A stretch of DNA of 63,092 nt, filler included, from Octopus bimaculoides (Eukaryota): NCBI RefSeq assembly GCF_001194135.2. It is 7 parts of 7 records of this genome, joined end to end, with 100 filler letters (N's around TTAATTAATTAA, not from the genome) between each part and the next. Parts side by side here need not be neighbours in the genome. Positions count along the whole stretch, not along the records: positions 37,477 to 51,886 come from NC_069008.1; 6 more parts are not named here. One strand, given 5' to 3'. Under the pieces are notes generated by a model, which was not told the origin of the DNA, did no database searches, and worked only from the letters and a program-made list of their open reading frames with translations. The stretch's first letter is position 1, and every line of letters starts with the position of its first letter. The position numbers and the translations under genes are program-made. Shown here piece by piece: positions 38,765 through 48,237 of the stretch.

Positions 38765-41700
38765 ATGGAAGAGCAAAGAGGAAGCACTTCAAGAATATCT
38801 ACCCCTCAGAAAAGAACAAGTAAAAGTGATGAAAAGGTTGATACAAAACGGTGTAGATATGAAAGAGATGATGGATCAAGGAGAGAAATGTCACAGAAAC
38901 GGGCTTCATTTCAGTCAACAACAAAACAAAAAAGACATAAAGGAGACCATGGAAAGAGGGAAATAATTGGAAGACGAGATGTTTTTGACAAACACATATA
39001 TTATACAAGGTTCAATGCATATGAAGACAAAATGAATTTGTTGAAAAATTCTTGGAGAAAAATATGTTCATTTTTAAAAAGTGTAGGATTGGAGAGAAAT
39101 ATTTTTAAACAGCATTTTATACAGAGAAAAGAGATTTTGCAGAAAGACCTTGAGAAATACAGTGATAGTGAAGGTTTTATTATTTTGTGGAAACTTGAAT
39201 GGTTTCTGGAACAATACATAAGCACAAATATTTTACAAGACAAACACAAAACCATTGAGGCACCGAAATTAATCAACAAATTTCATCCTCTTTCTCCAGT
39301 TGTAACCAGGGAAGCAAAGATGGATGAATCTGGTGAAGACTTAAGCAACCCAATATCCAATATTGTTGTGATACAAGGGGGGATTGTTACATATTCCCGC
39401 CATTGTATGACAATATGTTGTATGACAAGAGACGGTGACAGAAATGATGTCCATTGTCCATCGTCTGTCACTGATTTCACCAGAATCAGTCAAGACACAG
39501 TTCTGGCCACCCTCCCCTTCCGAAAAATGATTCTCATTATCAATCCTTTAAGTTTTATAATTAAAACACTTCAATTAGGATTAAACCTGGTTTCTTACTT
39601 AGAACATTCTACATTTATAGGTGTAGAACTGTTCAGTAAAGCCATATTTCTCATTGATTGGAATGATAACAGAATTATCACTCAATTCATTGCCAAGGAG
39701 ATGCCTGCAGATATTGCTGTCGGTCCACAGACAAAGCTGTTAATTGCATTTGCCAATATTAACAAGGTTACCTGTTATAATCTGGGTGGCCAGCAGTTAT
39801 TTGAGGTGGACACCAATTCTCTGGATCTCCCAACCCACATCACTGTGTACCAAAACCATTTTTATGTCCTCCAGGGACATATTATTTATCGGATTTCAGG
39901 TACAGGTGGTGTGTCACAGAGAGAGATTGGCATGAAATGCCAATATATTTCAGTTGGTACGGATACCATTTTGGTAACAGATTCTTGCGGTGGACCCCAT
40001 GTCATTCAAACCAACAAATACTTTTGGCCCAGGCTGTCATACAACCACCAGCAACATACCCCGAGATTGAACAACCACATTTATATTGAGGATTGCTACC
40101 ACATTACAAATATTCTCCCTATGTCAATGTCTTCTACATTAATAATCGATAGGGATAAAAAAGCTATATTATTCACCAAGACTGGTGAAATAATAGAGCA
40201 AAATCTTTTAATTTTCCCTGACATTCCTTCTTGCTTTTGTAGAATGAACCCTAAAGGATTTCTGGTCTTTTATCATGAAATGAAAGGATTTCAGTATATC
40301 ACCTGTCCTGAACTAAGAAAAGGCCCTTTAATAAAGGTCCAAACAGATTACAGGAAAATATGTCATATTGTATCAAATAAGTGTTTAGCTGTGACCACCA
40401 CTGAAAACAAAAATGAGATCCATATCCTATTGATCAAGGAGGACAAAGTTGACATTATAGAAAGAATTTCTCTGGGACATTCTAATGTCGCCATTGCTGC
40501 AACTCCAATTAATTTTGTAGTCGTAGATGGAAGGGAAAATAAAATGGTATTTTATTCCACATGTGGTGAAGAACTTTTTCAAAAANNNNNNNNNNNNNNN
40601 NNNNNNNNNNNNNNNNNNNNNNNNNNNNNNNNNNNNNNNNNNNNNNNNNNNNNNNNNNNNNNNNNNNNNNNNNNNNNNNNNNNNNNNNNNNNNNNNNNNN
40701 NNNNNNNNNNNNNNNNNNNNNNNNNNNNNNNNNNNNNNNNNNNNNNNNNNNNNNNNNNNNNNNNNNNNNNNNNNNNNNNNNNNNNNNNNNNNNNNNNNNN
40801 NNNNNNNNNNNNNNNNNNNNNNNNNNNNNNNNNNNNNNNNNNCCTGAAAAATCCTTATATTAGAAATCTAAATCTACGACTCAAAGAAAAGGAGAAAGAC
40901 AAAAAACTTGTCATTGGCGAAATATGTAATCTGGCAAATGGACAGTTGGTGGTGTCCGACATCAACCATGATTGCTTGTTATACATTTCTAATGAAGGAG
41001 ACATTGTGTCGAGATTATCTCTGCCGTCTCCAGCTACGGATATATGTCGATGGGATTCTAATCAAATAGGTGTCACATTACCCCTACAGAAACAATTAAG
41101 GGTCATTGGAAACCTATCAAAGACAGTGAGAAGTGTATCATTAGGGCAGCCTTATGTACGGGTGTGTAAGATGGTTCAGGGACCAATTGTTTGTTATTGT
41201 GATAAACCATCACATTTAGATATTTTAGCCATTAAATATTATAATCAATTTGAGGTTATTAAGACAATTAATATCCCTTTTTTTGTGAAATCATTAGCAA
41301 TAGAAAATGAAACACTTAAACTATTAATTGTCAATAAGGGAAAAGCTTTTCAGTACAACACTAGTATCTGTGGTGGTGGTCATGGCAGTACTAGTAGTTG
41401 TGATAGTAGTAGTAGTAGTAGTATTAAGATGGTCCCCAGTGTTTTAATGTCCCAAGTGAAACGTCCCCTCAATCTCTACGGTGGATCTATTGACCAAACG
41501 TTTGTGTATCTTGTAGACAGAAGCCGTATGTTTGCTATAAACGATCGTAATTTGTTGGTTAATGATCTCGTTACAAATAATCAACTTAATATCGACATAG
41601 TAGATGTATTTTCCAGAAACATTTCTGTGAGTGAAATGTTGTCATCTTCTTTATATCTACAGGATCTGACAGTTTCTGATAAAGCCCATGATGTTGTTGT

Positions 41701-44029
41701 CCATCCAGGTTTTGGAGACAAACAACCAGTGCAGATTTTTCGTTTGGTTATTACGGAAAACAACCTGATTGCAATATACGACAGGAAAAATAAAAACATT
41801 AAGATATTCACATTTGATGGTCATCTCTTAGATTCTGTCAAATTGAATGTTTCTCCCATCAATATGTGTCGATGGCAGTCAAATACATTGGTTATAACAA
41901 CTGGTGATAATAAATACCAACTGTTGACATTAAAAGTTGAATTTCCATTGTCGTTGGTGATTTACCAGACGAGAAATGAATACCATTGCATTGCTCCTTT
42001 GTCAGATGGTCTACTAGTATATAATTGGGATGGAGATGAACAGACCTTGTATGTCATTGATTTTGATGAAGTTCATTCGACTGTGAAGATAATAAAACAA
42101 ATAGACATACCTGAGACATTATTAACGAGAGGTGGTGAAGTTATTGATTATGTTGATGGCATAAGTTATATTACAGTGACTGCTAATGATGTCATCCTCA
42201 TTAGCAACAGCAAATTCATCAATTTCCTCAGTAGTGATGGTCAGTATTTGCATTCAGTTAGACACTACATGAAGTATGTTAGTATTTATCGCAACATAAC
42301 AGCTGATGACAGTTGTTTGTACATTAATGGATGCTGGGAAAGATATCATCTCTGTGGTATATTTAGCAACATTGTGTGTTTCACACAGACCGGTGACTAC
42401 AGCAAAATATATTTAAATGAAAGAATTTATAAACGTAAAGTGGGCTTTAGCTGTATAAACAGTAAAGGGCCAAGATTTATTGGAAGTCACAGAAATAAAT
42501 TGTATGTTGAAGGTTTGTTTAAGCTTAATCGGGAGAGATTCCCTGTTTGTCGTTTACAAACAGACCACTGTCCTATTCAAGTGAGAGATATTGATATTTC
42601 TGATGAAGGAAAGACAGTTATGTGTGAAAAAGCCAATAATGGAAATGTTAAAATATTTGATGAAGATGGGGAGTTGCTATGTCACAGAGATGTTGGAAGT
42701 TTAGTTGGTGGTGTGTGTTTTACAGGCGAAAGAGAGATAATGGTCACACTTCCAAACAGACGAGAAATATTTCAACTGAATGGAGAAGATTTGGAGAAAT
42801 ATAAAGTTTGGGAAAGTCTAGTACCTTATGGTGTAATATGGAGAAAAGTGGTGGGTATTTACTGGTGTCAACATATTGAATTGATTGAATGTCATTGCAT
42901 AAAGATTGATGGGGACCAAGTGAAGGTTCTGGAATCTGTGTCTTTATCAAATCTTGATTCTGGTCTTTGTTTCCCTTCCATTACATCTCAGATGAACAAG
43001 GAAATATTCAGTAATGAATTAATTAATAAAGGTAGATTAGAGGTAAGATGTGGTAATTACATAGCAGAGTGTAAGTCAGCAACTGCTGAAATATCAGTGA
43101 GAAGACTGCCACATAGAACAGCAGTGGTGCCTCTTTCCATTCCTACATTCGATGAACCAGTTAATTATGGCTATCTGGACAGTAGGGACTATAACAGTAA
43201 ACTAATTAAGTTAGATGACAATGTTAGTGTGTTGATGTTTAGAGAAAGTGTCACATTAATCAGAACAATGACAGGAGACATACTTCAACATAAACAACTG
43301 CCACAACAACCACCACCACTGGACTTATGTCGGTGGACAGATGAATGCTTTATAGTTGTCTTTTGTAAAGAAATGATGGTCTTCAACAGAGATCTCTGTT
43401 GTTTAAAAACCATCAACACTGGGAAGTACTACAACAGTATTTATAAAAGCAATGACGATCAAATTGTGTGTGGTGGTCATTATATTAAAGAAAAAATCAA
43501 AGATGGGCGATATGTCTATTATTATTATTTAGATGTAATTGATATCGAAGGTGGGACGTGTGAATGCAGTCAGGAAGTTTGTTGTGGGGAGGTGAAAGTG
43601 GCGGTTCAGTTAGAGATGGTCTTTAGTGACATAGTAGTGACACCTGGTGGTGATATTGTTGTTGTGAAGTGGGAAGAGGTGGAGTTGGAGGGATGGAGGA
43701 GTAGTGGTCAGTATGTTCTCTATTGGTACGGGGAACATTTGGTCAGGAGTATAAAACTAACTACAGATCTAGAGTATAGTATTTACAGGCCTTGTCTAAC
43801 CACACACGGCAGTTTCGTTTACATAACAGATAGAGATAACAATATTTACCAGATACCTGGACATATTGAACACCAAACATCTGCAGATATTCAACAATAT
43901 TTATTGCTCAGGTGTGATGATAATGAAGTCTTCCAAGTTCTTGGTTTTGGTATCTCAGAAAATTCTTTCATGGTTTTTGGAATTGTTCCAGGACGTCAGT
44001 CATTTGCTTTCTTTCATTTTGACAAATAA
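38765..44029 (+). CDS. 1754-aa uncharacterised protein with about six tandem NHL/6-bladed beta-propeller-like modules, apparently one coding exon
   Basis: The ORF is open for 5.2 kb in AT-rich DNA and stays in frame across the N gap at 40586-40842. Blade-like motifs recur (DIAVGPQTKLLIA, LVVSDINHDCLLYISNEGDIV, IAIYDRKNKNIKIFTFDGHLL, VKIFDEDGELL, VYITDRDNNIYQI). A DxCRW-type motif recurs about every 270 aa. A splice-acceptor-like site lies at 38756-38757, so upstream exons are possible. Confidence 0.85.
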   Translation: MEEQRGSTSRISTPQKRTSKSDEKVDTKRCRYERDDGSRREMSQKRASFQSTTKQKRHKGDHGKREIIGRRDVFDKHIYYTRFNAYEDKMNLLKNSWRKICSFLKSVGLERNIFKQHFIQRKEILQKDLEKYSDSEGFIILWKLEWFLEQYISTNILQDKHKTIEAPKLINKFHPLSPVVTREAKMDESGEDLSNPISNIVVIQGGIVTYSRHCMTICCMTRDGDRNDVHCPSSVTDFTRISQDTVLATLPFRKMILIINPLSFIIKTLQLGLNLVSYLEHSTFIGVELFSKAIFLIDWNDNRIITQFIAKEMPADIAVGPQTKLLIAFANINKVTCYNLGGQQLFEVDTNSLDLPTHITVYQNHFYVLQGHIIYRISGTGGVSQREIGMKCQYISVGTDTILVTDSCGGPHVIQTNKYFWPRLSYNHQQHTPRLNNHIYIEDCYHITNILPMSMSSTLIIDRDKKAILFTKTGEIIEQNLLIFPDIPSCFCRMNPKGFLVFYHEMKGFQYITCPELRKGPLIKVQTDYRKICHIVSNKCLAVTTTENKNEIHILLIKEDKVDIIERISLGHSNVAIAATPINFVVVDGRENKMVFYSTCGEELFQKXXXXXXXXXXXXXXXXXXXXXXXXXXXXXXXXXXXXXXXXXXXXXXXXXXXXXXXXXXXXXXXXXXXXXXXXXXXXXXXXXXXXXXLKNPYIRNLNLRLKEKEKDKKLVIGEICNLANGQLVVSDINHDCLLYISNEGDIVSRLSLPSPATDICRWDSNQIGVTLPLQKQLRVIGNLSKTVRSVSLGQPYVRVCKMVQGPIVCYCDKPSHLDILAIKYYNQFEVIKTINIPFFVKSLAIENETLKLLIVNKGKAFQYNTSICGGGHGSTSSCDSSSSSSIKMVPSVLMSQVKRPLNLYGGSIDQTFVYLVDRSRMFAINDRNLLVNDLVTNNQLNIDIVDVFSRNISVSEMLSSSLYLQDLTVSDKAHDVVVHPGFGDKQPVQIFRLVITENNLIAIYDRKNKNIKIFTFDGHLLDSVKLNVSPINMCRWQSNTLVITTGDNKYQLLTLKVEFPLSLVIYQTRNEYHCIAPLSDGLLVYNWDGDEQTLYVIDFDEVHSTVKIIKQIDIPETLLTRGGEVIDYVDGISYITVTANDVILISNSKFINFLSSDGQYLHSVRHYMKYVSIYRNITADDSCLYINGCWERYHLCGIFSNIVCFTQTGDYSKIYLNERIYKRKVGFSCINSKGPRFIGSHRNKLYVEGLFKLNRERFPVCRLQTDHCPIQVRDIDISDEGKTVMCEKANNGNVKIFDEDGELLCHRDVGSLVGGVCFTGEREIMVTLPNRREIFQLNGEDLEKYKVWESLVPYGVIWRKVVGIYWCQHIELIECHCIKIDGDQVKVLESVSLSNLDSGLCFPSITSQMNKEIFSNELINKGRLEVRCGNYIAECKSATAEISVRRLPHRTAVVPLSIPTFDEPVNYGYLDSRDYNSKLIKLDDNVSVLMFRESVTLIRTMTGDILQHKQLPQQPPPLDLCRWTDECFIVVFCKEMMVFNRDLCCLKTINTGKYYNSIYKSNDDQIVCGGHYIKEKIKDGRYVYYYYLDVIDIEGGTCECSQEVCCGEVKVAVQLEMVFSDIVVTPGGDIVVVKWEEVELEGWRSSGQYVLYWYGEHLVRSIKLTTDLEYSIYRPCLTTHGSFVYITDRDNNIYQIPGHIEHQTSADIQQYLLLRCDDNEVFQVLGFGISENSFMVFGIVPGRQSFAFFHFDK
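40586..40842. other. Assembly gap inside the large CDS
   Basis: 257 N. The size is an estimate and could hide an intron or a frameshift. Confidence 0.95.
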
Positions 44030-44030
44030 A
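44025..44030 (+). terminator. Candidate polyadenylation signal overlapping the stop codon
   Basis: ...gac aaa TAA a gives AATAAA, followed by a GT/T-rich tract (tttttgtaaatgtaatacgttgttgttg). Confidence 0.35.
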
Positions 44031-44398
44031 TATTTTTGTAAATGTAATACGTTGTTGTTGATATTGTTACTGGGTTCACCTGGGAATCAAACCTGCACCG
44101 TTTACATTGCACTCTGCCTAACAATTGCTGTAGCATTCTTCAACACAGTCTCTCGTTTGGTATGTATGCAGTGTATGCTAGTAGATTTTATCTCTGCTTT
44201 TATATATAATTGAATAGTATAAGATGTAGATTCAGAGAAACCTGCAGCTATCGTAGTAAGCTCCTCTTACGAACTTGGCTATCAGACCACAAAGTAGTGT
44301 AATGTAATTTATCCATGGAACTGAGTGGTAGGGGTTTGTTCCCCCTGCAAGCAATATATAGGGCGCAGCACTACCTGGTGGAAGGTCTGCCTAGGTCA

Positions 44399-44717
44399 CT
44401 TACGACGTCGAGGGTTCCAGTTGATCCAATCAACGGAACAGCCTGCTCGTGAAATTAACGTGCAAGAGGTTGGACACGTGTACCCTTAACGTAGTTCTTG
44501 GGGATATTCAACATGACAGAGTGACAAGGCTGGCCCCTTTGAATTACAGGCACAACAGAGACAGGAAGTAAGAGTGAGAGAAAGTTGTGGTGAAGGAGTC
44601 TCGTGGAGCTTCAGGTATTATCGCTCAATAAACACTCACAACGCCCAGTCTGGGAATCGAAACTGCGATCCTATGACCGTGAGTCCGCTGCCCTAACCAC
44701 TAGGCCATTGCGCCTCC
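44399..44717 (-). mobile_element. SINE family D (tRNA-Arg-like head)
   Basis: The minus-strand head is ggaggcgcaatggcctagtggttagggcagcggactcacggtcataggatcgcagtttcgattccc. It is collinear with 54130-54480. Confidence 0.85.
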
Positions 44718-45183
44718 ACTCATGTATAAGCATACAGTATTAAATTTTAAATTTTTATGAAATTGTTTCCATGGTTAGAAAATGTGAAAAACACATCATA
44801 TTGCTGGAATATTTTCTATTGAAATTAACAACATGAANNNNNNNNNNNNNNNNNNNNNNNNNNNNNNNNNNNNNNNNNNNNNNNNNNNNNNNNNNNNNNN
44901 NNNNNNNNNNNNNNNNNNNNNNNNNNNNNNNNNNNNNNNNNNNNNNNNNNNNNNNNNNNNNNNNNNNNNNNNNNNNNNNNNNNNNNNNNNNNNNNNNNNN
45001 NNNNNNNNNNNNNNNNNNNNNNNNNNNNNNNNNNNNNNNNNNNNNNNNNNNNNNNNNNNNNNNNNNNNNNNNNNNNNNNNNNNNNNNNNNNNNNNNNNNN
45101 NNNNNNNNNNNNNNNNNNNNNNNNNNNNNNNNNNNNNNNNNNNNNNNNNNNNNNNNNNNNNNNNNNNNNNNNNNNNNNNNNNN

Positions 45184-45480
45184 NGATTTTCGAGCGAGAT
45201 CGTTGCCAGTGCCCCTGGACTGGCTTGTGCGGGTGGCACATAAAAGACACCATTTCGAGCGTGGCCGTTGCCAGTATCGCCTGACTGGCCTTCGTCCAGG
45301 TGACACGTAAAAGCACCTACTACACTGAGTGGTTGGCGTTAGGAAGGGCATCCAGCTGTAGAAACTCTGCCAAATTTTAAATTGGAGCCTGGTGTTGCCA
45401 TCCGGTTTCACCAGTCCTCAGTCAAGTCGTCCAACCCATGCTAGCATGGAAAGCGGACATTAAACGATGATGATGATGAT
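45184..45480 (+). mobile_element. Repeat family C, 3' part with (GAT)n tail (RTE-type 3' end)
   Basis: It ends ccaacccatgctagcatggaaagcggacattaaacgatgatgatgat. The reverse copy is at 47486-47745, with fragments at about 51090-51145, 57890-58008 and 58250-58397. Confidence 0.75.
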
Positions 45481-46409
45481 TCATTATCTCCATGCCGTAT
45501 GNNNNNNNNNNNNNNNNNNNNNNNNNNNNNNNNNNNNNNNNNNNNNNNNNNNNNNNNNNNNNNNNNNNNNNNNNNNNNNNNNNNNNNNNNNNNNNNNNNN
45601 NNNNNNNNNNNNNNNNNNNNNNNNNNNNNNNNNNNNNNNNNNNNNNNNNNNNNNNNNNNNNNNNNNNNNNNNNNNNNNNNNNNNNNNNNNNNNNNNNNNN
45701 NNNNNNNNNNNNNNNNNNNNNNNNNNNNNNNNNNNNNNNNNNNNNNNNNNNNNNNNNNNNNNNNNNNNNNNNNNNNNNNNNNNNNNNNNNNNNNNNNNNN
45801 NNNNNNNNNNNNNNNNNNNNNNNNNNNNNNNNNNNNNNNNNNNNNNNNNNNNNNNNNNNNNNNNNNNNNNNNNNNNNNNNNNNNNNNNNNNNNNNNNNNN
45901 NNNNNNNNNNNNNNNNNNNNNNNNNNNNNNNNNNNNNNNNNNNNNNNNNNNNNNNNNNNNNNNNNNNNNNNNNNNNNNNNNNNNNNNNNNNNNNNNNNNN
46001 NNNNNNNNNNNNNNNNNNNNNNNNNNNNNNNNNNNNNNNNNNNNNNNNNNNNNNNNNNNNNNNNNNNNNNNNNNNNNNNNNNNNNNNNNNNNNNNNNNNN
46101 NNNNNNTCTTAAACCTTAAAACTGTAACCCTAAAACCCCAACCCTAACTATATAAAAATTTTGTAATTTTTTTTTCAGAATCATAATTTCTTTACTTTTC
46201 GACATATTTTGAAGAAAAAAAATTCTGAAAGAAGTTTAAAATGAAGAAATTAGGGGTGCGGGTGGTAATTTTAAAAAAGGAGGGTGGGGTGGCGTACAAA
46301 AGGAAGTCTTGCCATACCAGTTAACTACCGCGATCCAGGTAATCGACCTAAGTATCTCCCCTTCCCCGAAATTGCTGGCCCTGTGCCAAAATTTGAAACA
46401 AAGATTTAA

Positions 46410-46421
46410 TACGCATGCGCA
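46410..46421. promoter_or_regulatory. NRF1-type motif in the candidate promoter of the zinc-finger gene
   Basis: tacgcatgcgca matches TGCGCATGCGCA at 11 of 12 positions. Candidate donors follow at 46564 (gtaagt) and 46719 (cag|gtg), with an acceptor at 47868-47869 (ttattatttcag). Confidence 0.35.
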
Positions 46422-47220
46422 CTAAACGTACTTCCTCCTCTATTCATTACGTATTGATAAACATGTCAGTTGCTAAAATTTCTCTTAATCAATTCCCAAA
46501 CACATTTATAATACATTTCTCTACCACCCGACGCACTTCTAACAACATTTTAAACACATTTGCGTAAGTATTAAACAATGAAAGCATTTAATCTTTTAAT
46601 TCTTCGTGTCTCCGATGTCTTTTGTTTTGTTCGACATTTGGCTGCTGTTTCTAGCTAGGGAGGCAACCTTCTACTCGCTCCATCGTTTCCGTTGCAATCC
46701 GAAACAGTCAATTAGCAGGTGTTTTTTATTTTCCAGAAATTTTGCCTCATCTTTCAACCCGATTGTTAATTCACGTTGCTAATTAAAATATCTGAATGAT
46801 TTTTAGTGTTTAACAATCAATATTCGTTTCTCTGTTGGATAAGTCAGTTTTTTTTAAAACACGATGTTTAAGATGGGGCAAAATCAGTAATGTCTAATTT
46901 CCATATTTTCTAATTAACTTCATGGTGTTAAAAAGAAGAAAGGATTAAAATTCTCTGCAACAAGTTACTTGACTTCACCACCGACATGCATTTATCACGA
47001 AGAAATCATTAAGAAGCTATTGATAATATTTTGTTCATTAATTTCTCATCATTTGCAATTATTTTCTGTGTTCATTCCACTGAGGAAGCAAAGCTTTTCT
47101 TATGCAGAGCCAGAAATCAGGGATCTGGAATTATCCAGTATTTTTAATTTTTTTAATTTTTATTTTGCTAGTTCATTTTGTCTCTTTGTCTTCTCTCCTG
47201 GTGCTATATGAACATTTAAT

Positions 47221-47399
47221 GGTACTACTAAAGCAGCACGGTCCCGAACTCGCAGTCGCGCGTCCGCGCTAGCTAGTCTTGAGTGGTCGATCCTAACCCT
47301 AACCCGCGTGTGCAAATGAATACGTGTTTAGGGTTAGGGTTAGGATCGACCACTCGCGACTAGGTAGCGCGTTCGGGACCGTGCTGCTTTAGTAGTACC
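47221..47399. mobile_element. 179-bp fold-back MITE, Merlin-like, with 8-bp TSD
   Basis: It has a perfect 29-bp TIR (ggtactactaaagcagcacggtcccgaac) and the TSD catttaat at 47213-47220 and 47400-47407. An inner 33-bp inverted repeat (2 mismatches) ends in cctaaccctaaccc / gggttagggttagg. GG-initial termini with an 8-bp TSD fit Merlin/IS1016. Confidence 0.85.
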
Positions 47400-47485
47400 C
47401 ATTTAATATGGTTTTAGAGTCAAATTTTGATTGCTATTTCAAGCATGGTGGTATCTCTTAGATGCCCTAAATAATAATTTATATC

Positions 47486-47745
47486 ATCATCATCATCGTT
47501 TAACGTCCGCTTTCCATGCTACGATGGGTTGGACGATTTGACTGAGGACTAGCGAACCAGATGGCTGCACCAGGCTCCAATCTGATCTGGCAGAGTTTCT
47601 ACTGCTGGATGCCCTTCCTAATGCGAACCACTCTGAGAGTGTAGCGGGTGTTTTTACGTACCACCGGCACAAAAGCCAATCTGGTGGTACTGGCAACGGC
47701 CTCGCTCAAATGGTGTCTTTATGTACCACCTGCAACGACCTCGCT
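47486..47745 (-). mobile_element. Repeat family C copy
   Basis: Reverse complement of 45184-45480, beginning with (CAT)n. Confidence 0.8.
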
Positions 47746-48237
47746 ATATATATAATATATATATATACATATATATATTTATTTATAGAGTTTATCTCCA
47801 TCGAAATGTTAAATCTGTATTTTCTAAGTAGCCTCTATATCTTACACTGTTGTTTCTTTATTATTTCAGAATATCAGATGACATTGGAATAACAGAAGAT
47901 ACATTCTCAATATTTATCATCTTTTAAAGACCAAAATGAAAATATTGTACAGAGCAGATATATAAGATTGTTTCTATAAATCTATGGTAGAATTTCTATG
48001 ATATATTTACTCTGATATTGTGTAATTAACAAATTTTCTGGACATCACTGGCCAAAGTGTCTATATGACGAGTCTGTGTGAAAATTTAACTTGGATAATT
48101 TTTCTAAAGAGTTTAGGGACAAAGGTAACACTGGACAGAAATACAGCAGTCAAAATATTTGTAAACAAAAGACTATAGAAGCAAAAAGAAGTAAATATAT
48201 ATATATATATATATATTGTGATTTTCGATGAAAAATA

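Noticed and set aside
44640-44717. tRNA-like sequences at SINE heads (also 54400-54480, 32850-32914 and about 33630)
   Set aside because: They lack acceptor-stem pairing and continue into SINE bodies, so they are not tRNA genes.
46107-46150. Degenerate aaccct repeats after a gap, suggesting an interstitial telomere
   Set aside because: There are only a few imperfect units. It is more likely the inside of another MITE whose other end is in the gap.
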